A stretch of 64,000 nt of DNA, from positions 8,239 to 72,238 of the forward strand of contig JAQCEB010000002.1 in assembly GCA_027729925.1 (NCBI GenBank), written 5' to 3'. The DNA is from Actinomycetota bacterium (GTDB lineage: Bacteria; Actinomycetota; Acidimicrobiia; Actinomarinales; Actinomarinaceae). The notes under the pieces were generated by a model, which searched no databases, had not been told where the DNA came from, and saw only the letters and a program-made list of their open reading frames with translations. Position numbers and translations under genes: made by a program. Positions 29,906-39,839 of the stretch are shown here, piece after piece. The number at the start of each line of letters is the position of its first letter. Position 1 is the first letter of the stretch.

Positions 29906-30634
29906 TTAAAGAATTTGACTTAAGAAAAGTTTAGTTCTATCACTTTTTGGATTAGTAAAGAACTCATCTGGAGTATTTTCTTCAACTAACTGGCCGTCAT
30001 CAAACAACATTACTCTATCAGCAACTTCCTTAGCAAAACCCATTTCGTGAGTTACAACAATCATAGTCATTCCAGACTTTGCTAGCTCTTTCATTACATC
30101 GAGCACTTCTTTAATCATTTCAGGATCAAGTGCAGAAGTAGGTTCATCAAATAACATAATCTTTGGTTCCATAGCCAACGCTCTAGCAATAGCAACTCTT
30201 TGTTGTTGTCCTCCAGATAATTGTCCTGGAAACTTATCGGCCTGTTCTGGAATTCCTACTCTATTTAATAGCTCCATAGCTTTTGCTTCTGCTTCTGATT
30301 TACTTTTCTTCCTTACCCAAATAGGAGCTAATGTAATATTTTGCATAACAGTAAGGTGTGGAAAGAGATTAAAGCTTTGAAAAACCATTCCAACTTCTGA
30401 TCTAATTGCTTCAATATTTTTGATGTCATTTGATAATTGAATTCCATCAACAATAATTTCTCCATCTTGATGTTGTTCTAATCTATTAATGCAACGAATA
30501 AAAGTTGACTTACCAGAACCTGATGGCCCACAAATCACTAATACTTCGCCTTCTCCGACTTCCATAGTTACACCTTTTAAGGCTTGAAAATCTCCGTACC
30601 ATTTTTTTACGTCTTTTGCGGATATTATGCTCAT
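29906..30634 (-). CDS. aapP: Amino-acid ABC transporter ATP-binding protein
   Basis: Walker [10 protein letters not shown], signature LSGGQQQRV, Walker [12 protein letters not shown]. Confidence 0.9.
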   Translation of the reverse strand: MSIISAKDVKKWYGDFQALKGVTMEVGEGEVLVICGPSGSGKSTFIRCINRLEQHQDGEIIVDGIQLSNDIKNIEAIRSEVGMVFQSFNLFPHLTVMQNITLAPIWVRKKSKSEAEAKAMELLNRVGIPEQADKFPGQLSGGQQQRVAIARALAMEPKIMLFDEPTSALDPEMIKEVLDVMKELAKSGMTMIVVTHEMGFAKEVADRVMLFDDGQLVEENTPDEFFTNPKSDRTKLFLSQIL

Positions 30635-30639
30635 AATAT

Positions 30640-32454
30640 TTATCTCTCTCCCAATCCTAATCGTTTTTCAATTTTCATGCTTCTTCGAGAAAAGCTATAA
30701 GTAAAAACCCAATAAAGTATTGCACAGAATACAATGTTTTCCAATACAGTACCTAAAAAGTTAGCCCCTTGCGATTGAGCAGGTATAACTTTAATTCCAA
30801 CAAACAGTAAGTCAAATAGACCAACAATTGCAACTAAACTGGTGTCTTTAAATAAACTGATTACTTGACTTACTAATGTCGGTATTACAGCTCGTAATGC
30901 TTGGGGTAATACAATTAAACTAATTCTTTGAATCGTATTTAAGCCGACTGCATCAGCAGCTTCAAACTGACCTTTATTAATTGACTGTAATCCTCCTCTA
31001 ACATTCTCAGCCAGATAAGCTGAACTAAAAATTGCTGTTACAGCTATTGCTCTTACAACTTCATCAAACTCAACACCGCGAGGAAGAAACAAAGACAGCA
31101 TGACACTACCAAAAAATAACCATGTTATAAATGGAACTGATCTAACCAACTCAATAAATGTTGTACAAATAATTCTAACTATTGGTAATTTTGAAGTTCT
31201 GCCTAGAGCTAATAAGACTCCGAGTGGTGATGAGAGTAGAACGCCAAAATAAGCAATTATCCAAGTAAGAGCAAACCCTCCATAAATTGAAGAGCCAGGA
31301 ACCTCAATAAGAGTTTCTGAAGTTCCACCTCTCATTAAAAATAATATTATTGAAATGGACAATGTCCATACAATCAATAAATTTTTAGAATTCTCTTTGG
31401 TGTTAGAAATGTATGGCGATAATGATGTGAGTATAAAATAAAGAAAAAATATTATTTTTAATTGTCTTAAAATTGGTAAAAATAAAGATACTAAAAATAA
31501 AGCTAGAGTTAAATAAAAAAAGTATTTTTGGTATTTTTTATTTTTTTCTTGATTAAATATAAACAAAGAAATGTATCCTAAGACTAAACCTACAGCTACC
31601 ATCGGTAAGTCAATTGAATAAATAGAAACTAGACTAAAATCTGGTTTTCTATAAATCCATGTTACAACGAGTAATGGAAGTAAAAACCAAAAAGCTGGGA
31701 TAGCTCTTTTAAGTGCAATTACTTGTTTTGAATTAAAAGATTTACCTAGATAATAAAAACCAATTAAAACAAAATATAATACAGTCCATGGAATCGTTGT
31801 TGAACTCGCAACAGGTAAATACTGATCTTGAACTCTAACATTTGTACTATCAAAAACTACAGTAGGAACTTTAATAAACCAAATAGAAGCTATAAGAAAT
31901 CCAAGATATGCAAAACTTAATAAATCTCTTAATACCGTTTTATCTGAAAACTTAAACTTTATAAATATAACGGTAACTAACAAAATTGTCACATAACCCA
32001 AAAAAAGTAACCTTGTATTGAATTGCAAAACTTCCTCTTGAATTCCCTGAACTTTGTCTGTAGTTACAGATGTAGGTGTTATTAAGATAAGTAAAAATAA
32101 CACAACAAATACTTTAATTAACTTGTCCATAGCATTATTAATTGTTATCCGAATATTTTTTGAATTGTAACCCCAGGTTAATCCAAACATTACTATTACA
32201 AGCCCAACAGTTATCCAAACTCTAATAAAGTCAGACTCTGGATAAGCTTGTACCATATAAAGTTGTAAATTATAAGTAATAGCTGTCCACTGTCTTTCAG
32301 GTGAAATAATAAAACTTATTATTCCACGAAATAAAGCTACAAGGGCGAAGATTGAAGCGAATGTTAAAACCACAGAACTATAGCTTGAAAACAAATTTTC
32401 TTTTAGCCACCTCTTCACAACTCCATAATCAACTTTTGTATTTGCTTCAATCAT
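30640..32454 (-). CDS. aapM: Amino-acid ABC transporter permease (AapM-like) with a long N-terminal multi-TM extension
   Basis: C-terminal ~220 aa carries the His/Glu/Gln-type permease core ([26 protein letters not shown]). The N-terminal ~380 aa is extra hydrophobic helices. Confidence 0.8.
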   Translation of the reverse strand: MIEANTKVDYGVVKRWLKENLFSSYSSVVLTFASIFALVALFRGIISFIISPERQWTAITYNLQLYMVQAYPESDFIRVWITVGLVIVMFGLTWGYNSKNIRITINNAMDKLIKVFVVLFLLILITPTSVTTDKVQGIQEEVLQFNTRLLFLGYVTILLVTVIFIKFKFSDKTVLRDLLSFAYLGFLIASIWFIKVPTVVFDSTNVRVQDQYLPVASSTTIPWTVLYFVLIGFYYLGKSFNSKQVIALKRAIPAFWFLLPLLVVTWIYRKPDFSLVSIYSIDLPMVAVGLVLGYISLFIFNQEKNKKYQKYFFYLTLALFLVSLFLPILRQLKIIFFLYFILTSLSPYISNTKENSKNLLIVWTLSISIILFLMRGGTSETLIEVPGSSIYGGFALTWIIAYFGVLLSSPLGVLLALGRTSKLPIVRIICTTFIELVRSVPFITWLFFGSVMLSLFLPRGVEFDEVVRAIAVTAIFSSAYLAENVRGGLQSINKGQFEAADAVGLNTIQRISLIVLPQALRAVIPTLVSQVISLFKDTSLVAIVGLFDLLFVGIKVIPAQSQGANFLGTVLENIVFCAILYWVFTYSFSRRSMKIEKRLGLGER

Positions 32455-34001
32455 TATCTCTCCACAATCTTTAACTTTTTGTTATAAAAATTAACAATAG
32501 ATGACAGGGTCAAGCTAACAAAGGAATAAAAAGCCATCCAAATTAAAAAGACTGCGATGGTTTGACCTTCTTGGTTATACAGAGTTTGACCTACTGAAAC
32601 AATCTCTGGAAACGCTACAGCGATACCTAATGAAGTATTTTTTGCTAAGTTTAAATATTGATTACCCATTGGAGGAAGCATTATTCTGAGAGCTTGAGGC
32701 AGAACAATTAGACGAAGTAAGGTGCTTCGCTTAAGACCTAATGATAGACCTGCTTCACTTTGTCCTTTTGCAACAGCCATAATTCCAGATCTAACTACTT
32801 CTGATATAAATACAGAAGTATACAAAACAACACCAACCCAAGTTGCAAAGTAGCCAACAGTCATAACTTTTCCAACATCCTGTGAATAATTCGTAAAAGT
32901 AGATGATCCAGCTTGTATAGCCTCTGGATAGCTGACAGAAAATGGAGCTCCTGAATAATTCCAATCAAGTTTATTTTGTATACCTTGAAAAAACTGTGGT
33001 AGCCCCCAATTTGATTTAAAAAATGCTTCGTTTCCAAGTAAAAAGTCTGAGATTGCAACACCTAGAGGCAAAAACATACCAACTATCAAAGTCAACAATA
33101 ATAGCACAGTTATAACTAGCTTAAATATATCGTCATCAGTTAAAACGCCCCTGTTCTCAGCACTCCTTGTTCTCTTAACTTCACTAGAAATATATCGAAC
33201 TGCATAAAAGGAACCAACAGAAATAAATAAAACTTGTATACCAATACGGGGAAACACATCAAATAAATTTCCAACAATTGAAGCCGCATACCCAAATATA
33301 CCAACTAGTTTATAAGCACCCGCCCAACCTAAAATGTTTGAAATTATTAAGAAAATTAAAGAATATATAGTTGGATAAGCTTCTCGTCCATATTTTTCTA
33401 AAACAGAAACTCTCCACTTAAATACTTTTCTGGTGAAATAAAGCGATAGAATAAACCAAAATCCAAATAACCAACTTGATTCTCCTGGGTCTAACCAGGG
33501 AAATGCTATTCCTTTAGCGCTGATATGAATAAAATGTTGACCTCTGTCTGCTTCTTCAAGTCTTGGAAAAGAAATGAGAACAGCCTGCCAAAAGAAAATT
33601 TGAACTAAAAGTGGTATATTTCTAACTATCTCTACAAGACCAGTGGTCGATTTCTCAACAATCCAATTTTTAGACAATCTTGCAATACCCATAATTGTTC
33701 CAAATATTGTTGCAAAAAATATACCTGAAACAGTAATTCTTAACATATTCGCTATACCTATTTGAATAGCTTCTAAACCAGATTCTGGATAGGTTTTAAA
33801 ACCTTCTGAAACCTGTATTCCTGGAGTTGTACCTAAAAATCTCCAAGAAAATGGAAGATTTGTTGCAGCTAGATTAGCAACAGCTTGTGAGAAAAACCCT
33901 CTTAAAGAGTTGAAGACTAAAAATAAAACGAATAATTGAAAAGCCCATTTAAGGAACCTTACATCTCTCCAAAATGCAAAATTAAATTTATTTTTATTCA
34001 T
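32454..34001 (-). CDS. aapQ: Amino-acid ABC transporter permease (AapQ-like)
   Basis: EAA-type loop [27 protein letters not shown]. 515 aa, many TM helices. Confidence 0.8.
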   Translation of the reverse strand: MNKNKFNFAFWRDVRFLKWAFQLFVLFLVFNSLRGFFSQAVANLAATNLPFSWRFLGTTPGIQVSEGFKTYPESGLEAIQIGIANMLRITVSGIFFATIFGTIMGIARLSKNWIVEKSTTGLVEIVRNIPLLVQIFFWQAVLISFPRLEEADRGQHFIHISAKGIAFPWLDPGESSWLFGFWFILSLYFTRKVFKWRVSVLEKYGREAYPTIYSLIFLIISNILGWAGAYKLVGIFGYAASIVGNLFDVFPRIGIQVLFISVGSFYAVRYISSEVKRTRSAENRGVLTDDDIFKLVITVLLLLTLIVGMFLPLGVAISDFLLGNEAFFKSNWGLPQFFQGIQNKLDWNYSGAPFSVSYPEAIQAGSSTFTNYSQDVGKVMTVGYFATWVGVVLYTSVFISEVVRSGIMAVAKGQSEAGLSLGLKRSTLLRLIVLPQALRIMLPPMGNQYLNLAKNTSLGIAVAFPEIVSVGQTLYNQEGQTIAVFLIWMAFYSFVSLTLSSIVNFYNKKLKIVER

Positions 34002-34067
34002 TTTTATTAATTGATATTACCATTTGCAAACTCTCTAATCTAGTGTACTTTTTAAAATTTAAAAAAA

Positions 34068-34091
34068 GAAAGGGGCATTAGAGCCCCTTTC
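34068..34091 (-). terminator. Intrinsic terminator/attenuator between aapJ and aapQ (minus-strand orientation)
   Basis: A 9-bp GC-rich stem (GAAAGGGGC / GCCCCTTTC, loop 6 nt) is followed on the minus strand by T7 (34061..34067). Confidence 0.75.
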
Positions 34092-34110
34092 CTTAAAACA
34101 AAATGTTTTA

Positions 34111-35175
34111 TTATCTTGCTGGAGGTGAGTAGATTAATCCACCATCTGTCCAACTAGCATTTGCTGATCCTTCTCTATAAAGTCCAACTGGATTTAAGTT
34201 TTTAGAATAAATCTCATCGTAGTTTCCTACTTGTTTAATGACATTATAGAAAGCATCGGCTGATAGGCCCATAACAGTTTGTAACTGTCCATCGTTTTTA
34301 CCTGTGAGACGACCCATTTCTGGATTCGCATCATAATCAAATGAATCAACATTTGATCTACCAACTCCGTACTCATCAGCAATAAATGTAGCGTAAACTA
34401 CCCAATTGACGATGTCACCCCATTGGCTATCATTTGAACGATATACAGGACCTAATGGTTCTTTTGAGATAGGTGTTGATGGGAAAATTGACCAATCATT
34501 TAATGCACCTTCTGAAGCTCTATTACCTACAAGAGCAGAACCGTCGGTTGTGACGATATCACATGCACCAGCTTTGAATTTCTCCATAGCTTCTGCGAAT
34601 GTTTCAACTGTTTCAAGAACAATGCTTGCACCAACAAGTCTTGCTCCTTCAGTTATGTTTTTCTCTGTTGTTGTACCAGCATTTGTACACACTTTAAGAC
34701 CATCAATGTCTTTAAGTGTTGAAGATGCAGATAATCCATCAGAATTTCTACCCATTAACTGTTGTCCGTCAAAATAGGTAGTTGGTCCAAAGTCAAGACC
34801 AAGTTCTGTGTCTCGGCTTTGAGTCCAAGTTGTGTTTCTGATTAATACATCTACTTCTCCTGATGATAAAGCAGTAAATCTTTCAGCAGCGGTAAGCGCT
34901 GTAAATTCAACTTTACTGTAATCTCCAAAAACTGCTGCAGCTATTGCATAACAATAATCTGCATCAATTCCTGTTACAGAACCATCAGCTTGTGTTTCAG
35001 AGAAAGCAACTGCAGTACCAGAAACTCCACACTTAAGGAATCCTCTTTCTTTTACTGTGTCGAGTGTAGTCTTTGCTACAACCTCTTCAACAGCTGCTTC
35101 TTCTGCTGTATCAGTAGCACAAGCTACTGCCACTAACGCAAGTACAAGTAGAGAAACGATTGCTTTTTTATTCAA
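34111..35175 (-). CDS. aapJ: General L-amino-acid ABC transporter substrate-binding lipoprotein
   Basis: Lipobox LVAVAC and a family-3 SBP pattern. First gene of the aapJQMP-like operon. Confidence 0.8.
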   Translation of the reverse strand: MNKKAIVSLLVLALVAVACATDTAEEAAVEEVVAKTTLDTVKERGFLKCGVSGTAVAFSETQADGSVTGIDADYCYAIAAAVFGDYSKVEFTALTAAERFTALSSGEVDVLIRNTTWTQSRDTELGLDFGPTTYFDGQQLMGRNSDGLSASSTLKDIDGLKVCTNAGTTTEKNITEGARLVGASIVLETVETFAEAMEKFKAGACDIVTTDGSALVGNRASEGALNDWSIFPSTPISKEPLGPVYRSNDSQWGDIVNWVVYATFIADEYGVGRSNVDSFDYDANPEMGRLTGKNDGQLQTVMGLSADAFYNVIKQVGNYDEIYSKNLNPVGLYREGSANASWTDGGLIYSPPAR

Positions 35176-35263
35176 TGTTTATCTCCTTTTAATTAAAAGT
35201 AGACAGCCCCAAATGAAGCTGACATGATTTAACTTTAATATAATTAGCTTTTTGTTTCAAAAT

Positions 35264-35307
35264 AATTATTTCAATTTCTATAAAAGTATTGCAAAATTGA
35301 AATAATT
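35264..35307. repeat. 14-bp perfect inverted repeat in the aapJ/purA divergent intergenic region
   Basis: AATTATTTCAATTT (35264..35277), a 16-nt spacer, then AAATTGAAATAATT (35294..35307). Confidence 0.6.
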
Positions 35308-35388
35308 CGCTAAGAATTTACAATTAGAAAGTTGTTCGGATTAATAAAAACTAACATTATTATCATATGTTGTATCTAAGGAGTTAAA

Positions 35389-36669
35389 TTGTCCACTACC
35401 GTAGTTCTTGGTGCCCAGTGGGGTGATGAAGGTAAGGGGAAAGTCACAGATTTTTTTGCATCTTCAGCAGATATGGTTGTTCGTTTTCAAGGTGGTAACA
35501 ATGCTGGTCATACAATAGTAGTTGGTGAAGAAAAAATAGCTTTATCATTAACTCCTTCAGGTGTTTTATACGGAGAATGTATCCCTGTGATTGGATCGGG
35601 TTGCGTAATAGATTTAGACTTCCTAAAAAAAGAATTAGAAATGTTAAATTCTAAAAATATCAAAACTGATAGATTGGCAATTTCATCTAATGCACATGTT
35701 GTTATGCCCTATCACAAAATTCTTGATGTACTTATAGAAGAAAGCTTGGGTGAAAATAAAATTGGTACAACAAAAAAAGGGATTGGCCCATGCTATGCAG
35801 ATAAAATTCAAAGACGTGGAATTAGAATTCAAGATTTATTAGATGAAGAAAAATTTTCATCTAAAGTTAAAGCTAATGTTGAAGAAAAGAACAAACTCTT
35901 AACAAATATTTATAATCATGAGCCTCTTGATGCAAATCAAATAATTGAAGAACTACAGTCCTTCAAAGGTCTTGTTTCAAAACATATTCAAGAAACTTCA
36001 TTACTTATAAGTACCGCCATAAAAGAAGGAAAAAATGTCTTATTTGAAGGTGCTCAAGGTGCACTTCTTGATATTGACCATGGGACGTATCCATATGTAA
36101 CAAGTTCTAATACTTCTTCTGGCAATGCAGCCACTGGTTCTGGTGTTGGTCCACTAAATATAAATCGTGTTGTTGGCGTAACAAAAGCTTATATTTCAAG
36201 AGTTGGAAGTGGTCCTTTTATAACTGAACAAAAAAATGAAATTGGAGATTATTTAATTGAAAATGGAAAAGAATTTGGAGTTGTAACAGGTAGAAGAAGA
36301 AGGTGTGGTTGGCTTGATTTAGTATCTCTCAAATATTCAGTGCGAGTTAACTCCTTGAGTGAACTTTTTATTACAAAACTCGACATACTTTCAGGACTTG
36401 AAGAAATCAAGCTAGCAACTAGTTATAAATATGATGAAAAAATATATGAAGACTATCCATATGAACAAAAAATACTTTATGATGGTGAACCTGTATATAT
36501 GACTCTTCCTGGTTGGAAAGAAGACATTTCTGAAATTAAAAAATTTGATGAATTACCTTTAAACGCTCAAAATTATTTAAAAATCATCGAAGATTTTATA
36601 GAGGTTCCTATAACATTTATATCCGTTGGGCCTGAAAGAAATCAAAATATTATATTAGATAATGATTGA
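35389..36669 (+). CDS. purA: Adenylosuccinate synthetase
   Basis: TTG start 6 nt after AGGAG. QWGDEGKGK P-loop and GGNNAGHT. Confidence 0.95.
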   Translation: MSTTVVLGAQWGDEGKGKVTDFFASSADMVVRFQGGNNAGHTIVVGEEKIALSLTPSGVLYGECIPVIGSGCVIDLDFLKKELEMLNSKNIKTDRLAISSNAHVVMPYHKILDVLIEESLGENKIGTTKKGIGPCYADKIQRRGIRIQDLLDEEKFSSKVKANVEEKNKLLTNIYNHEPLDANQIIEELQSFKGLVSKHIQETSLLISTAIKEGKNVLFEGAQGALLDIDHGTYPYVTSSNTSSGNAATGSGVGPLNINRVVGVTKAYISRVGSGPFITEQKNEIGDYLIENGKEFGVVTGRRRRCGWLDLVSLKYSVRVNSLSELFITKLDILSGLEEIKLATSYKYDEKIYEDYPYEQKILYDGEPVYMTLPGWKEDISEIKKFDELPLNAQNYLKIIEDFIEVPITFISVGPERNQNIILDND

Positions 36670-37924
36670 TAGGTACTTAATTCCTGAAGTAGATCAAATT
36701 TGGTCTGATCAAAACAAGATTAATACATGGAAAAAAATTCAATTTTACTATGTAGAAACCCTTGAAGAAGAAAATATAGCACCAAAAGGTGTGTCGGAAA
36801 AAATTAAAAATTCAGATGTTTTAAAAGAAGAAGTAGAAGCAAGAGAAGCTATTACAAATCATGACTTGGCATCATTTATAGATGTTTTACAAGAAAAGGT
36901 TGGCGAAGGTTCCAATTGGATTCATTATGGGTTAACTAGTTCTGACATCGTTGACACCGCAAATAGTCTTTTAATAAATGAATCAATAGTTCTTGTTGAA
37001 AAATTTGTTAATGATCTTTTGTTAGTTTTAAAGACAAGAGCTATGCAAGAAAAAGATACAAAAATAATTGGAAGAACTCATGGAGTGTTTGCTGAAGAAA
37101 CTTTTCTTGGAAATATTTTTGGAAACTGGTATTTAGAAATTAAACGTGGTCTAGAAAGAATATCTAAGTCAAAAGAAGGAATTAGTTTCGGAAAAATGAG
37201 TGGACCAGTTGGAAACTATACTGTTGTTTCAGAAGAAGTTGAAAGTAAAACTCTTAAAAAACTTGGTTTACATCAGGAAATATTTGCTAGCCAAATAGTT
37301 GGAAGAGATAGATATGCTGAAGTTCTTAGTTCGATCGCAATTCTTGGAAGTACTTTTGATAGAATTGCGACAAATTTAAGAAACTACCAAAGATCTGAAA
37401 TATCTGAGATGTTTGAATCATTTAAAGAAGGTCAAAAAGGCTCATCCGCTATGCCACATAAAAAAAATCCCATTGGTAGTGAGAGAATTTCTGGTTTATC
37501 AAGAATCTTAAGAGGTAATATAATTTCTGGTCTTGAAAACATGGTTCTTTGGAATGAAAGAGATATTTCTAATTCATCTGTCGAGAGAATTATTTTTCCT
37601 GATAGTTTCCATATCATTTCATTCATTTCAAAAGAACTTAAAAATATTATTGAAAACATCCATATAGATTATGAGAAAATCAACTCAAATCTAGAAATTG
37701 CACAAAATAAATTAATTAGTCAAAGAGTACTTTCGTTTTTGGTCTCACAAGGAATAGACAGAGATTCAGCATACGGAGAAATTCAAAAAGCACTTTTTGC
37801 AAATACAAGTTACGATGAATTGTTATTAAAAGTTAAAGAAAAATTTAATTTGGACGTTCCTAATTTTCAAATTGAAACAATAAAAAACTTTGATGATGAA
37901 AATTTTTCAAAAAAATTAAATTAG
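36662..37924 (+). CDS. purB: Adenylosuccinate lyase
   Basis: Fumarate-lyase family signature GSSAMPHKKNP. Confidence 0.9.
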   Translation: MIDRYLIPEVDQIWSDQNKINTWKKIQFYYVETLEEENIAPKGVSEKIKNSDVLKEEVEAREAITNHDLASFIDVLQEKVGEGSNWIHYGLTSSDIVDTANSLLINESIVLVEKFVNDLLLVLKTRAMQEKDTKIIGRTHGVFAEETFLGNIFGNWYLEIKRGLERISKSKEGISFGKMSGPVGNYTVVSEEVESKTLKKLGLHQEIFASQIVGRDRYAEVLSSIAILGSTFDRIATNLRNYQRSEISEMFESFKEGQKGSSAMPHKKNPIGSERISGLSRILRGNIISGLENMVLWNERDISNSSVERIIFPDSFHIISFISKELKNIIENIHIDYEKINSNLEIAQNKLISQRVLSFLVSQGIDRDSAYGEIQKALFANTSYDELLLKVKEKFNLDVPNFQIETIKNFDDENFSKKLN

Positions 37925-37927
37925 ATT

Positions 37928-38605
37928 TTGAAATTTAATAAAAAATTTAAAGAAATTATTAAAGAGTTAAAATCTTTATCTCCTGATAATGAGAACGTAT
38001 TTGACTCAGTTATTGCACCGGTGCTGTTTGTACTTTTATCTAATCTTTTTGATCTCAACACAGCAATAGTTATAACCGGTATTGTAATTTTCGGATTTTT
38101 AGTTTTAAGATTTTTACAAAAACAAAACACAAAATATGTTTTTTATGGGGCACTCGGCTCATTAATTGCATTAGTATTTGCTAAATATCAGGGCTCTGCA
38201 TCTGGTTTTTTTATTCCTGGAATAGTTAGAGATGGGGTTATTTCAATAGTTGGCATTTTTTCAATATTTCTTGGTAAACCTTTTACTATTTACTCTTCAA
38301 AAGCTTTTAGAAAATGGCCAGAAGAGTGGTATTTGCATCCGCAAGTTAAACCTGCATATGTTTTAGTGGCTTATATTTGGACAGTTTATTTATTTTTGAA
38401 GGCAGCTTTACAAATTTATTTTTTTCAAAATCCTGAAATTCTTGTTTTAATAAAATTGACTACTTCAAATCAGACTACTTTATTGTTATTAGTAATAACT
38501 TATTTAATCGGTCAAAAAAAACTACAAAGTCTAGGAGGTCCTAGTGTCGAAGAATTTCAAAATAATGCAGCTCCTCCTTGGTCAAGCCAACAAGAGGGTT
38601 TTTAG
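37928..38605 (+). CDS. Integral membrane protein, unknown function
   Basis: 225 aa, TTG start, ~5 TM helices. Confidence 0.45.
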   Translation: MKFNKKFKEIIKELKSLSPDNENVFDSVIAPVLFVLLSNLFDLNTAIVITGIVIFGFLVLRFLQKQNTKYVFYGALGSLIALVFAKYQGSASGFFIPGIVRDGVISIVGIFSIFLGKPFTIYSSKAFRKWPEEWYLHPQVKPAYVLVAYIWTVYLFLKAALQIYFFQNPEILVLIKLTTSNQTTLLLLVITYLIGQKKLQSLGGPSVEEFQNNAAPPWSSQQEGF

Positions 38606-38618
38606 GTAAGATAAAAGT

Positions 38619-39839
38619 ATGTTAGAAATAAATAATTCAGAAATAACTAATCTGGCTGTTCTATCTCTAATACTCTTATCTTTTTATGTCTTTTTAAAAT
38701 GGTTTACTTTTCCTATTTTAAAAAAACTTGCAAAAAAAACTTCTACCCTTATAGATGATTTATTACTTGATAAAAAATTTGTTCACAGGATTTCGTTTGT
38801 TTTTGTATTTATTCTTTTCAAAATTATTACAGTCACATCAGGGTATCAATTAAATATTTTTTTAAATCCAATTTTTCAAAGAATATTTAATGCGTTTTTT
38901 GCACTAACAATTGGTCTAACAATTCTCGAAATATTAACTGTTGTAAATAAGATATCGGAAAAAATAGATTTCCTAAGGGATAAGCCGATAAAAGGCTACA
39001 TACAAATAATTAAAATAATAATTACATCATTTGTCCTAATTATTATTTTTGCATTACTAACTGGCCAATCAGTTGGATACTATATAAGTGGCTTAGGTGC
39101 CTTGACAGCTGTATTGCTCCTAATTTTCCAAGATACTATTTTATCATTTGTTGCTTCTGTTCAAATTAGTCAAAATGACATTATAAAAGTTGGTGACTGG
39201 ATTGAAGTTAAAGAGTTTGGTGCAGATGGTGATGTAGTTGATATAGCTTTACATACTGTAAAAGTCCAAAATTGGGATAAAACAATTACAACTATTCCCA
39301 CTTCCAAAATTGTAAATACTTCTGTCAAAAATTGGCGTGCCATGTCTGATTATGGCGGAAGAAGAATTAAAAGAGCAATCAATATTGATATATCAAGTAT
39401 TAAGTTTTTAAGTGACGCTGAATTAGCAAATCTAGAGTTACTACCCCCATTAAAAAACTATTTACTTATAAAGAGAGAAGAGCTAAAAGAATACAATATA
39501 AAAATTAATGACGTTGATTCTGGATTAGAAAAAAGAAAACTTACAAATATTGGAACTTATCGCGCTTATATAGAAAATTATTTGAAACAAAATAAAAATT
39601 TAAATACTGAATCTATGACTTTCTTAATTAGACAACTACCTTCAAGCCCTGAAGGTGTGCCTCTAGAAATATATACATTTACAAATACAACAGAATGGGT
39701 AGCATATGAAAAAATTCAATCTGATATATTTGATCATTTATTTGCTATTCTTCCAAAATTTGGACTAAGAGCTTATCAAAATGGGCTATTAGAAGCTGTA
39801 GCTATGAAAAATTTACCTTTTCATCAGCTCGAAGATTGA
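38619..39839 (+). CDS. MscS-family mechanosensitive channel
   Basis: TM3-like pore helix followed by the beta-domain motif IKVGDWIEV...GDVVDIALHTVKVQNWDKTITTIPTS. Confidence 0.8.
   Translation: MLEINNSEITNLAVLSLILLSFYVFLKWFTFPILKKLAKKTSTLIDDLLLDKKFVHRISFVFVFILFKIITVTSGYQLNIFLNPIFQRIFNAFFALTIGLTILEILTVVNKISEKIDFLRDKPIKGYIQIIKIIITSFVLIIIFALLTGQSVGYYISGLGALTAVLLLIFQDTILSFVASVQISQNDIIKVGDWIEVKEFGADGDVVDIALHTVKVQNWDKTITTIPTSKIVNTSVKNWRAMSDYGGRRIKRAINIDISSIKFLSDAELANLELLPPLKNYLLIKREELKEYNIKINDVDSGLEKRKLTNIGTYRAYIENYLKQNKNLNTESMTFLIRQLPSSPEGVPLEIYTFTNTTEWVAYEKIQSDIFDHLFAILPKFGLRAYQNGLLEAVAMKNLPFHQLED

Noticed and set aside
39802-39839. 38-nt convergent overlap of the mscS-family gene and lnt; also the 35-nt copZ/copA same-strand overlap (44731..44765)
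   Set aside because: Both follow from unambiguous stops and family-required N-terminal residues, and they fit the general compaction of this genome. No further signal was seen.
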